This document shows positions 26,885 through 33,917 of a DNA stretch of 36,193 nt, piece after piece; position 1 is the stretch's first letter, and every line of letters starts with the position of its first letter. Location: the IMG/VR virus record IMGVR_UViG_3300038829_000094, positions 1 through 36,193 of that record. The stretch is one strand, 5' to 3'. Position numbers and translations under genes: made by a program. The notes beneath the pieces were generated by a model that did no database searches, had not been told where the DNA came from, and saw only the letters and a program-made list of their open reading frames with translations. This DNA comes from a virus. Its lineage: Duplodnaviria; Caudoviricetes.

Positions 26885-27457
26885 ATGGCTGTCAAAACAC
26901 AGGTCAACACCGATTCGACGCAGACGCTCACGAATAAAACCCTGACGGCGCCGATCATCGCGACCATCTCCAACACCGGGACCCTGACGCTGCCCTCGTC
27001 CACAGACGTGCTCGTGGGACGCGCGACGACCGACACGCTGACGAATAAAACGCTGTCGAATCCGGTGCTCTCCGGATCGATGTCGGGGAACGGCTCATTA
27101 GCCACGACCGTGACGGTGCCCGGCACCTTGATTGCGGGAACCTCCGCCGTACAAAGCCCGTTTGCAGCCAACACCAAAACGACCCAAGCGCACGGGCTCG
27201 GCCAGATCCCGACGCTGGTGATTTTGTATCAGGAATGCCTGATCGCAGAGCATGGCTACAGCCCGGGGGATCGGGTGTACGAATTGATCGACTGGGCGGG
27301 GAACCATGGGGCCCAGTCCGTAGCGGACGCAACGAATGTGTACATCCTGTCCAACCAGGCCGTGTCTCCAGTCATGAACAAGACCACCCCGGCGGGATTC
27401 GTTGTGCCCACGGCCGCGAACTGGAAAATGGTCGCGGTGCCGTACCGGTTGGTCTGA
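26885..27457 (+). CDS. Tail fibre-associated / tip protein
   Basis: AAGGAG SD; two T(Q/D)TLTNKTL fibre repeats; AHGLG..P C-terminal domain. Confidence 0.75.
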   Translation: MAVKTQVNTDSTQTLTNKTLTAPIIATISNTGTLTLPSSTDVLVGRATTDTLTNKTLSNPVLSGSMSGNGSLATTVTVPGTLIAGTSAVQSPFAANTKTTQAHGLGQIPTLVILYQECLIAEHGYSPGDRVYELIDWAGNHGAQSVADATNVYILSNQAVSPVMNKTTPAGFVVPTAANWKMVAVPYRLV

Positions 27458-27468
27458 GAGGAGTGGCG

Positions 27469-27894
27469 ATGGTCCTGGATCTGGTCCGCGTCGGGCAATC
27501 GGTACTCGGAACGTTCGGGGTGCTCCGTCATGGGATGGTGCCGTTTGTCCTTACGCTCGAACGGCCCTGGCAAGACAACGCGCCGGAGATCTCCTGCATT
27601 CCGGCCGGCCGCTATGTCTGTCACCGAGTGAAGTCGCCCAAGTTCGGCATCACGTTCGAGGTCATGCAGGTGCCGGGACGGTCGAACATTCTGTTGCATA
27701 GCGGGAACACGCTGGAGGATACGCACGGGTGCATTCTGATCGGGGAAGAGTTCGGGGGCACCTGGGCCGCGCCAGACCTGCGATCGAGTCAGCGCGGGTT
27801 GCAAGAATTGTTTCGGTACCTCGACGGGATTCCGGCGTTTGACCTGAACGTGATCGATGCGCCGCCGATCCCTCGCTATCCGGTGCTCGTATGA
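27469..27894 (+). CDS. DUF5675-family putative endolysin
   Basis: GTFGVL...TLERPW.DN...SCIPAG.Y...VPGRS.IL.H.GN...DT.GCIL.G; first gene of the lysis cluster; GAGGAG SD. Confidence 0.82.
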   Translation: MVLDLVRVGQSVLGTFGVLRHGMVPFVLTLERPWQDNAPEISCIPAGRYVCHRVKSPKFGITFEVMQVPGRSNILLHSGNTLEDTHGCILIGEEFGGTWAAPDLRSSQRGLQELFRYLDGIPAFDLNVIDAPPIPRYPVLV

Positions 27895-27989
27895 GACTCT
27901 ACCAGTGCCCCTATTGCGGGGCGTCCTTCACCCACGCGAAAGCGCGGGAACATTGGGAGACGCAGTGTCCGAAGAAACCAAAACGGTAG
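27891..27989 (+). CDS. 32-aa C2HC zinc-finger microprotein (absent from ORF track)
   Basis: MRLYQCPYCGASFTHAKAREHWETQCPKKPKR; ATGA overlap with the endolysin stop. Confidence 0.6.
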   Translation: MRLYQCPYCGASFTHAKAREHWETQCPKKPKR

Positions 27990-28028
27990 CGGCACTGAGG
28001 CCGAGAAGGGAGTGAAGGTGGCTACGAG

Positions 28029-28298
28029 ATGTCTGGAACTGAGACGCCCGCACACGAAATCAAGGTCATCTTCTCACGGCCCTTCCTTGGTGCTTGTGGG
28101 ATTATCATTGCTCTGTGCGGGGTGGTTATTGGGCTATGGTCTAGTGCTATCGAGCGTGACCTTAGCGAAATTCGCGGCACCCTCAACGAACGCGCGTCTC
28201 TCCTCCCACGCACTGCCGAGCTGGAGAAGCGCACCGACGATCAAGAAGATCGGCTACGAACCCTAGAGCGCAACGGGTATCAGCAACACGGGCACTAA
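28029..28298 (+). CDS. Holin-like single-TM coiled-coil protein
   Basis: One TM helix (FLGACGIIIALCGVVIGLW) then ...RLRTLE coiled coil; lysis cluster. Confidence 0.6.
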   Translation: MSGTETPAHEIKVIFSRPFLGACGIIIALCGVVIGLWSSAIERDLSEIRGTLNERASLLPRTAELEKRTDDQEDRLRTLERNGYQQHGH

Positions 28299-28317
28299 CC
28301 ACGAAGGAGGCTACGCC

Positions 28318-28500
28318 ATGGAGATCGTTTTATCAGTCTGGGAGTTTATGAAATCCGATGCAGGCACCGGCATCCTGGCCGGTCTGCTGCTCGTCAGCGA
28401 GGCGCTGGCCTCGATCCCATCCGTCCAGTCGAACAGCGTCTACCAATTGATTGTGGGGCTATTACGGCGCGTGACGGCCAAGCCCGCGGTCTCGGCATGA
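28318..28500 (+). CDS. Holin-like small membrane protein
   Basis: AGGAGG SD; LL.VSEALA.IP.V.SNS.YQL motif; lysis cluster. Confidence 0.65.
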   Translation: MEIVLSVWEFMKSDAGTGILAGLLLVSEALASIPSVQSNSVYQLIVGLLRRVTAKPAVSA

Positions 28501-28655
28501 TTGAAGCGCTGATCACGGCCCTCTGTACCGTGGCGCCGCTCTTGCTCACGGCCTGGGCCGAATCACGAAAGGGGCGACATGATACGACTATTGCATTGGC
28601 GCAGCGGGATCGTGCTGTGCTGTCTGGTGGGCTTGACCGGCTGCGCCAGCCCTAA
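28497..28655 (+). CDS. Putative i-spanin (Rz-like), absent from ORF track
   Basis: MIEALITALCTVAPLLLTAWAESRKG...; N-terminal TM helix; overlaps the lipoprotein gene in another frame. Confidence 0.55.
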   Translation: MIEALITALCTVAPLLLTAWAESRKGRHDTTIALAQRDRAVLSGGLDRLRQP

Positions 28656-28794
28656 ACTCTACGAGCGACATGTGGAACCTGCGTATGATGCCACGGGACA
28701 CCCACGCCCCGGCTATGCCACGCTCAACGTGGAATTTCTCGACGCGCTCAACCTGGATCTCGAAGCCTGCTATCGAGACGCCAGGAGGCCCTAG
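28579..28794 (+). CDS. Putative o-spanin lipoprotein (Rz1-like)
   Basis: Lipobox LTGC after hydrophobic stretch; C-terminal Cys; overlaps the i-spanin gene. Confidence 0.65.
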   Translation: MIRLLHWRSGIVLCCLVGLTGCASPKLYERHVEPAYDATGHPRPGYATLNVEFLDALNLDLEACYRDARRP

Positions 28795-29060
28795 ACCCCG
28801 ATGGTGATGTCGGCCACTTCCACTAGCACGGTCTGAGACTCGTTCCCCATCTCCATCACCACGCGCTTGACGCCGTAGCGGGTCCCGTCGTACTGCGCAA
28901 TCCCGTTCTCGGCCCGATGCCCCCGGAGGATCGTCAAAATACGATCCTCATGGGTGCGGGCCTCGGCTTCCAGCTCGCCAAGCTGCGTCTGGATCGCCGC
29001 CAATTGCGCCACGAAGATCGATTCTTCGTCGGTGAATTCGTACTCATAGGATTGATTCAT
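28791..29060 (-). CDS. Hypothetical protein adjacent to attP
   Basis: AGGAGG SD; converges on the lysis cassette with overlapping stops. Confidence 0.7.
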   Translation of the reverse strand: MNQSYEYEFTDEESIFVAQLAAIQTQLGELEAEARTHEDRILTILRGHRAENGIAQYDGTRYGVKRVVMEMGNESQTVLVEVADITIGV

Positions 29061-29072
29061 CGCGCCTCCTGT

Positions 29073-29301
29073 GCTGGCAGTTTAATGGCAGTTCGAGAGG
29101 GAAAGAGGGGGCTCTGTGGTCCACGAATGACCACGAAACCCCTTGGAATTGTGAGAAAGTGCTGATTGGCGTGGCGTTCATATCGGTTTAGGAAACCGCT
29201 GCTCTATCCAACTGAGCTACGGGGGCGAACTCGTTTTTTCAATAAGTTGCGAAGGGTTTTCGATTGCCTCGTTTTCGTCGCTGGCAGTTTCCTGGCAGTT
29301 C
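29073..29301. mobile_element. attP region with arm-type integrase sites and IHF-like sites
   Basis: GCTGGCAGTTT(AA/CC)TGGCAGTTC at 29073-29094 and 29280-29301 (20/22 identical, tandem TGGCAGTT) flank the tRNA-derived core; IHF-like AATCAGCACTTT (- strand) and TTTCAATAAGTTG lie between the arms and the core. Confidence 0.8.
29184..29226 (-). tRNA. 5' half of tRNA-Arg(CCU) (attP identity block, not a complete tRNA)
   Basis: Minus strand GCCCCCG TA GCTC AGTTGGATA GAGC A GCGGT TT CCT AA ACCG = acceptor 5' strand, D-arm and anticodon arm; no T-arm or 3' acceptor strand follows. Confidence 0.9.
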
Positions 29302-30379
29302 CAAACGATGCCGCAACGGAATCCATGGCCTCGCGGAGGCTGGCGTCATGCGGGCGGCAATAGCGTTCGGTGACTTTTCCATCCGACCAATTTCCCAAGA
29401 GCTGCAGGATGCGTTGCGGGGCCGAGGAGCCCAGCGCCGTAGCCCACGTGCGACGGAGCGCGTGAAATGTCAACGTCTCCATGTTCAGCTCGATCAGCAC
29501 CGGCTTGAAGATCCGAGTGTACCAGTTATGCGCGTCCCGATGCACGGCGAAATTGTAACGCGTCGAGTTCTGGATCTTCGCCGGGAAGATCCAGCCTGTG
29601 GCCGGCCGCCCTTGCTCCTCGTGCAGCACGGTCAGGATGGCTAGGGCCTCACCGGAGAGTGGCAGGGTAAAGGCCTTCTGGCGCTTGAACGAGGGATACT
29701 GCATCGCGCCGTGCGTCCACAAGAGCCATTCCCACCGTTGCGCGAAAAACAGGGATTGCCGGATGCCGACGAGCAAATCCAAATACACGAGCAGCGCATC
29801 GTCACGGTCCAGCCGGGCAAAGAGCAATTCCAGTTGCGCGGGTGAATAGGTCGGCATGACGCGCTCATCTTCGTCAAACAGTTCCACCTTCTGCCACAAA
29901 TCAAACACCCACGATGGCGGGGAGACGAGCTTGCGCATCATCGAGCGCAGGCTTTCTGCGTACCGGTTCGCCGTCGATGGGCTGCACCCCTGTTTTCTGA
30001 GCGCCGTCAACCCGCGCTCGATGTCGAGCGGATCGAGCGAGAGGATCAGGCGCTTCTCAAAGCGCTCGCCCCACCAGTCGAGATGCCGCTTCTTGTCGCG
30101 ATAGCTGGCACGTTTCCCCTCGATGCTGTCCAAATACGATTGCGTGAGCTCCGGAATGGTGGCCTCGGTCATGTGGGAGCCGGGGAAATACCGGCGCTCC
30201 CGCACGGCCACGCGCATGCGATCCCGAAAGGTGCGCGCATCCTCCTTCGTGAGAAAGCCGTCCGGCTGGCCGAATCGCTGCATCGCACCATGAATGGCGA
30301 TGCGCACATACCAGCGCGGCTTCCCCTCGGCGTTCTTCTGGCTATAGAGGCCGCGATCGATCCCGCCGAGGCGCGCCAT
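29204..30379 (-). CDS. int: Tyrosine recombinase / phage integrase
   Basis: GIR (R), K, FHALRRT (HxxR), LGNWS, TERY (Y); start ATG 30379 overlaps the HNH-gene stop (TAATG). Confidence 0.93.
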   Translation of the reverse strand: MARLGGIDRGLYSQKNAEGKPRWYVRIAIHGAMQRFGQPDGFLTKEDARTFRDRMRVAVRERRYFPGSHMTEATIPELTQSYLDSIEGKRASYRDKKRHLDWWGERFEKRLILSLDPLDIERGLTALRKQGCSPSTANRYAESLRSMMRKLVSPPSWVFDLWQKVELFDEDERVMPTYSPAQLELLFARLDRDDALLVYLDLLVGIRQSLFFAQRWEWLLWTHGAMQYPSFKRQKAFTLPLSGEALAILTVLHEEQGRPATGWIFPAKIQNSTRYNFAVHRDAHNWYTRIFKPVLIELNMETLTFHALRRTWATALGSSAPQRILQLLGNWSDGKVTERYCRPHDASLREAMDSVAASFGTARKLPATKTRQSKTLRNLLKKRVRPRSSVG

Positions 30380-30678
30380 TATCGAATCACCCGATCTTTG
30401 CGCTTTGCGTCCTCCACGGTCAGCCACTGCATATTGTCTATGGTATCGGGGCCGCCACAGTGCAACGGCACCACATGATCGATCACATAGCCAGGACAGG
30501 CCCCTCGGCGCTGCCCGTTCGCCGGGCAGGGATGCGCCTGCTTGAACTGCGCTTTCGCTGATGCGCTCCGGGCAATGCGTCCCCGCGCATCACGAGGGAG
30601 ATCAGGAGGGATCGGGCAGGCAGCGAAAGAGAGGAGCGCGGCAGCTAGAATGGCAGTTGTTTTGATGTGTGCTTTCAT
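30379..30678 (-). CDS. Exported HNH-endonuclease-domain protein (probable lipoprotein)
   Basis: MK-led signal peptide ending LSFAAC; CP..G...GACPGYVIDHVVPL.CGG.D...NMQW HNH core. Confidence 0.8.
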   Translation of the reverse strand: MKAHIKTTAILAAALLSFAACPIPPDLPRDARGRIARSASAKAQFKQAHPCPANGQRRGACPGYVIDHVVPLHCGGPDTIDNMQWLTVEDAKRKDRVIR

Positions 30679-30679
30679 C

Positions 30680-31117
30680 TCAGATTGTAAGGGTGAGACT
30701 AACAGCAAGTGCAGTCACAGCCAGAGTTACTACTCGCCACATAAGGGAGAACAGGTAAGCAAGAATGCCTGAAGGGACCCATCCGAATCCGAAGCCCAGC
30801 AAGAAGCCATACTGTGCGGTGCAGACAGCCCATGAGAGTAAGAAGACGATGGCGGCAATTATCATTGCTCCAAGAACAGGGTCGAAGCGATACGCATATT
30901 CTTCCTCGTCAAGCCCTCCAAAGAAATCTCCAGCAATAAATAGCCAAAAAATGATCAGACTGGCCCCTATGGCTGCCTGAATAAAGCTTACATGATTCAA
31001 GATGATGAAAAAGAGAGTAGTCCATACCAATATCCATTTGTACTCGGTGATGAATTCCCAGATCTTGGATAATCGGCCAGATGAAGCAGGTACTCTCTCT
31101 GGTGTTGAATCGATCAT
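30680..31117 (-). CDS. Polytopic membrane protein (4-5 TM), candidate superinfection-exclusion factor
   Basis: AGGAGG SD; multiple hydrophobic helices; directly downstream of cI; AT-rich. Confidence 0.75.
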   Translation of the reverse strand: MIDSTPERVPASSGRLSKIWEFITEYKWILVWTTLFFIILNHVSFIQAAIGASLIIFWLFIAGDFFGGLDEEEYAYRFDPVLGAMIIAAIVFLLSWAVCTAQYGFLLGFGFGWVPSGILAYLFSLMWRVVTLAVTALAVSLTLTI

Positions 31118-31125
31118 ATCCCCTC

Positions 31126-31770
31126 CTAGAAATCCATTTGCTTCCGCACGATCTTGCCGACGATCTTATGCTCTTCGGTCAGTAGGATGTCTTCATAATT
31201 CGGGTTCAGTGGGTGCAGGTAGAATTGCTCGCCAAACTTCTTGAGTTGTTTAATGGTCGCATCTTCGCTGCCATGATTGGGGAGCTTCGCTACAATATAA
31301 TTTCCAGGCTCGCATTGAACATCTGGATCGACAATCACAACCTCGCCTGAACGGAATAATGGTTCCATGGAATCGCCCACGACGCGCAAAGCAAAGATTC
31401 GCTTCCCGCGCAGATCCGTTTCAATATATTCGTCAGATTCTCCCGCATGAGGGGGAACATTACGATCTACAAATATTCCAGCCTGTACCGACGTGAGAAG
31501 CGGAATCACTCTACGGGTTGATTCTGCAGGTGATTTTCTTAGGTGAGAATTAATGAGTCCTGGAGATTCACTCTGTGAGGCATATCTCGCCACGATGAAC
31601 TCATCGACCGGCACCTTATAGTAGGTAGCGAACTGTCTCATTGTGGCGATGTTGGGATGTAGCCCCATTAGGATATTCCCAATAGTTCCCGCTGAGACTC
31701 CCACCTTCACCGCGAGAGACCTGCGGCTTTCAGATTTGAGCGACTTTTCAATGTGTTCCCTGAGCGTCAT
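31126..31770 (-). CDS. cI: CI-like repressor (HTH + S24 autopeptidase)
   Basis: HTH SLAVKVGVSAGTIGNIL; Ala-Gly cleavage site VQAG; catalytic Ser GDSMEP and Lys TIKQL; divergent from cro. Confidence 0.93.
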   Translation of the reverse strand: MTLREHIEKSLKSESRRSLAVKVGVSAGTIGNILMGLHPNIATMRQFATYYKVPVDEFIVARYASQSESPGLINSHLRKSPAESTRRVIPLLTSVQAGIFVDRNVPPHAGESDEYIETDLRGKRIFALRVVGDSMEPLFRSGEVVIVDPDVQCEPGNYIVAKLPNHGSEDATIKQLKKFGEQFYLHPLNPNYEDILLTEEHKIVGKIVRKQMDF

Positions 31771-31834
31771 GTCGGGATTGTGCCCTTGCAAATCGCGCTT
31801 GACAACTGCATAACAATTCTGGTACTCATTGATC
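31771..31834. promoter_or_regulatory. Lysis/lysogeny switch: back-to-back promoters sharing one -35 region, plus operator
   Basis: Minus strand TTGTCA-17-CACAAT-6-ATG(cI); plus strand TTGACA-18-TACTCA-6-ATG(cro); operator-like site at 31810-31828. Confidence 0.7.
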
Positions 31835-32074
31835 ATGTTTAATTCACACCAAATCGACGCATTGCGAATCAGGCATGGACTGACCAAATCTGCCTTCGCG
31901 AGAAGGATGGATGTCAGCCGTCAGGCCGTTGATCAATGGATTAACGGGAAAGCCAAGCCGACCGTGACGACTATCGAGCGCATGTCGGTCGTCTTTGCCG
32001 TGCCGTGCGGATATTTTTTTACCAATAGTGAGCAACAAAATTGCTCATCGCGAAAGAGATCGTCCACCCTTTAA
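31835..32074 (+). CDS. cro: Cro-like HTH regulator
   Basis: LR...GLT...FARRMDVSRQAVDQWING...P HTH_3 signature; divergent from cI. Confidence 0.88.
   Translation: MFNSHQIDALRIRHGLTKSAFARRMDVSRQAVDQWINGKAKPTVTTIERMSVVFAVPCGYFFTNSEQQNCSSRKRSSTL
32029..32047. promoter_or_regulatory. Operator-like palindrome TGAGCAA-N5-TTGCTCA within the cro 3' end
   Basis: Perfect 7-bp inverted repeat; 13/19 identical to the reverse complement of 31810-31828. Confidence 0.55.
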
Positions 32075-32122
32075 CCCGTGTCCTCCAGGAGAACCGCCAG
32101 ATGCTCCTTTGCTATCAACCCT

Positions 32123-32224
32123 GCTCACGCCGACCGGTGCACCGACTCCCTCGCGTCACAGCCGCGAGCGTAGGTCTTTGCTGCGTCGTGTCCTGGCGGT
32201 CTCGACCGGACGGACGGCGTGAGC
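32123..32224 (+). ncRNA. Putative structured antisense/attenuator RNA downstream of cro
   Basis: 10-bp closing stem GCTCACGCCG/CGGCGTGAGC, inner stems CCGGT/ACCGG and CTCGCG/CGCGAG; segment 32192-32203 is complementary to flanking RBS regions. Confidence 0.45.
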
Positions 32225-32247
32225 CCCTTTCCATAAGGAGGACCGCC

Positions 32248-32532
32248 ATGTCCCTCGATCACCCGATTCTCAATTGCAAAGTGCCGGAGTCCCTCAAGGC
32301 CGCGTGGCAACTGACTTGCCAGCGCCAGGGGATCAATCCCGGCGTCCGGATGCGCTGCCTGGTGGAGCGCGAGACCCTCACCGATCGGGCGCTCGAATGT
32401 GCCCGGACGGTGGGCTTTGAGGAAACCATGAGGCGCTTGACGCTGCCGACGTATCCCGTGCATGCCTTGGAGTCTACGGACGAGCGGCCCGAGGCGCAAC
32501 GCAAACCTCGTACTACTGTTTCGAGCCGGTAA
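32248..32532 (+). CDS. Ribbon-helix-helix-like / CII-position regulator (possible in-frame upstream start at 32101)
   Basis: AAGGAGG SD; LNCKVPESLK.AW...C..QG RHH-like pattern. Confidence 0.6.
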   Translation: MSLDHPILNCKVPESLKAAWQLTCQRQGINPGVRMRCLVERETLTDRALECARTVGFEETMRRLTLPTYPVHALESTDERPEAQRKPRTTVSSR

Positions 32533-32557
32533 AACGCCGGGAATGGCCGGTAAAACG
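32525..32557. repeat. 12-bp direct repeat GCCGGTAAAACG x2 (21-bp period) upstream of xis
   Basis: Copies at 32525-32536 and 32546-32557. Confidence 0.7.
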
Positions 32558-32577
32558 GATCGGCGAGGGGGCAAACG

Positions 32578-32799
32578 ATGGAACACCAGACCGAGGAATT
32601 ACTCACGAGAATGGAGCTGGCGGCACGCCTGAAGGTGGCGCCGAAGACGATTGACCGGATGACGCGGCGTGGCGAATTGCGCGTGCATCGCGTGGGCCGG
32701 GCCCCGCGCTATGCCTGGGCTGAAGTCCTCGCCGATACGGCGCAAGCGACGGTGCAGGAGAAGGTCCGCGTGGCGTTGCTGCCGAGGCGGATCCGATGA
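32578..32799 (+). CDS. xis: Excisionase-like HTH_17 protein
   Basis: LLT..ELAARLKV..KTI.R....G.L...RVG...RY signature. Confidence 0.82.
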   Translation: MEHQTEELLTRMELAARLKVAPKTIDRMTRRGELRVHRVGRAPRYAWAEVLADTAQATVQEKVRVALLPRRIR

Positions 32800-32909
32800 G
32801 CCCCTTTTGGCTGGGCGTGCTGGTGGGCGGGATGGCGGTTCCGGCGCTGGTCCTCACGGCGCTGGCGCTGTGGGCCTTTGGGTTCGGACCATGGAGGGAC
32901 CGACGATGA
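32796..32909 (+). CDS. 37-aa single-TM peptide (absent from ORF track)
   Basis: MSPFWLGVLVGGMAVPALVLTALALWAFGFGPWRDRR; ATGA overlaps at both ends. Confidence 0.6.
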   Translation: MSPFWLGVLVGGMAVPALVLTALALWAFGFGPWRDRR

Positions 32910-33175
32910 CGACGATGACACGACCCAATGTCGTACGCGAGGAGATGCGGCGGCATCGCGAGGCGACGAAGCGCCCGCTGCATCCGGGCGTCACGCAGGC
33001 GGAGGCAGGCTATACGCCGGAGCAGTGGGAATTGCTCTCGGCGGGCGTCTGCGACGGATTGGCGACCCAGACGGAGGCGGGTGAGCGCGTAGCCCATCGC
33101 GCCTTGCTCGTCCTGGCGCTGGTGCTGATCGGGCTGTATGTCGCCGGGCTGCTGATCGGAGGGACCCATGGCTGA
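32906..33175 (+). CDS. Hypothetical protein with C-terminal TM helix
   Basis: GGAGG SD; C-terminal LLVLALVLIGLYVAGLLIG. Confidence 0.6.
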   Translation: MTTMTRPNVVREEMRRHREATKRPLHPGVTQAEAGYTPEQWELLSAGVCDGLATQTEAGERVAHRALLVLALVLIGLYVAGLLIGGTHG

Positions 33176-33428
33176 CGCGCTGAATCAGATGATCGACGAC
33201 CTACGACGGCATCGCCCTCAGCCGTATGACGCGGATGCTTGGGGCAGTTGGGAGCGAGCGATCGTCCAGGCGATCTCCGCGCTGCCGCCCCAGGAACGAC
33301 AATGGGCCGCGATCGTGTTGGTGGCCAACGATCTGTTGGCGGACATGCCGGGGCTGTCGCTCGCGATGGCCTACGGGTTTCTGTGCGGGAAGGTGCAGAC
33401 CTATCAAGCGCAGGGGGTGCGGGGATGA
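33168..33428 (+). CDS. Hypothetical protein
   Basis: GGAGG SD; coupled to neighbours. Confidence 0.65.
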   Translation: MADALNQMIDDLRRHRPQPYDADAWGSWERAIVQAISALPPQERQWAAIVLVANDLLADMPGLSLAMAYGFLCGKVQTYQAQGVRG

Positions 33429-33604
33429 CGCCACAAACCACCTATTACACCAGTGCCGACTGGATCAATAAAAAACCGGTGCCGATTGGTCCCTGGAAAT
33501 CCACGGCGGCGGCACGGTCGGGAAAATCATCCCGTGTGGCCTCGGCAGGCACGAAGAAAGCACAAGCGTTGCTCAAGCGGCTGGCTGACCTGGGGGTGAA
33601 ATGA
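33425..33604 (+). CDS. Small basic hypothetical protein
   Basis: ATGA overlaps; MTPQTTYY...LGVK. Confidence 0.55.
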   Translation: MTPQTTYYTSADWINKKPVPIGPWKSTAAARSGKSSRVASAGTKKAQALLKRLADLGVK

Positions 33605-33750
33605 TGTCGATCACAGATTACGAGATCGAGCCGGACGATGATGAGTATTGCCGTGAGCACAATCGCTATCGCCCTTGCAGAGAGTGCCGCGCCGAGGCGC
33701 AGGAGTTCATCGCAGAGGCGATGCGGGAAGAGGGGCAGCGTGTTTCTTAA
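33601..33750 (+). CDS. Small acidic Cys/His protein (absent from ORF track)
   Basis: MMSITDYEIEPDDDEYCREHNRYRPCRECRAEAQ...; CxxH...CxxC. Confidence 0.6.
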   Translation: MMSITDYEIEPDDDEYCREHNRYRPCRECRAEAQEFIAEAMREEGQRVS

Positions 33751-33764
33751 CCACGGGGGACGCC

Positions 33765-33917
33765 ATGAGCTACGCCTACTGCAATAAGCATCACGTGAGT
33801 TGGGATAGCGACAAGCACGACCTCTGCCTTGAATGCGAGGAAGAGCTTGAGTGCGCCGTAGCCGATGCGAATCGAGAGATGGGCTTGCCTGAAGATGGAG
33901 ACTTTGGAGATCGGTAG
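33765..33917 (+). CDS. Small acidic Cys/His protein
   Basis: GGGGGA SD; CNKH...CLEC. Confidence 0.6.
   Translation: MSYAYCNKHHVSWDSDKHDLCLECEEELECAVADANREMGLPEDGDFGDR

Noticed and set aside
29166-29363. 65-aa plus-strand ORF (..FRKPLLYPTELRG..) and a possible complete tRNA
   Set aside because: The ORF is the typical antisense shadow of tRNA sequence over attP; the tRNA lacks a T-arm and 3' acceptor strand, so it is only an att fragment
30649-30658. Additional AATGGCAGTT copy matching the integrase arm motif
   Set aside because: Single, unpaired, about 1.4 kb from the core and inside a signal-peptide coding region; probably chance
31771-31887. 39-aa N-terminal extension of CI in the ORF track (similar extensions at 11322, 11915, 19624, 24733, 27235, 30427, 33938)
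   Set aside because: The extensions overlap neighbouring genes or promoters; downstream ATGs have SD, stop-start coupling or promoter support
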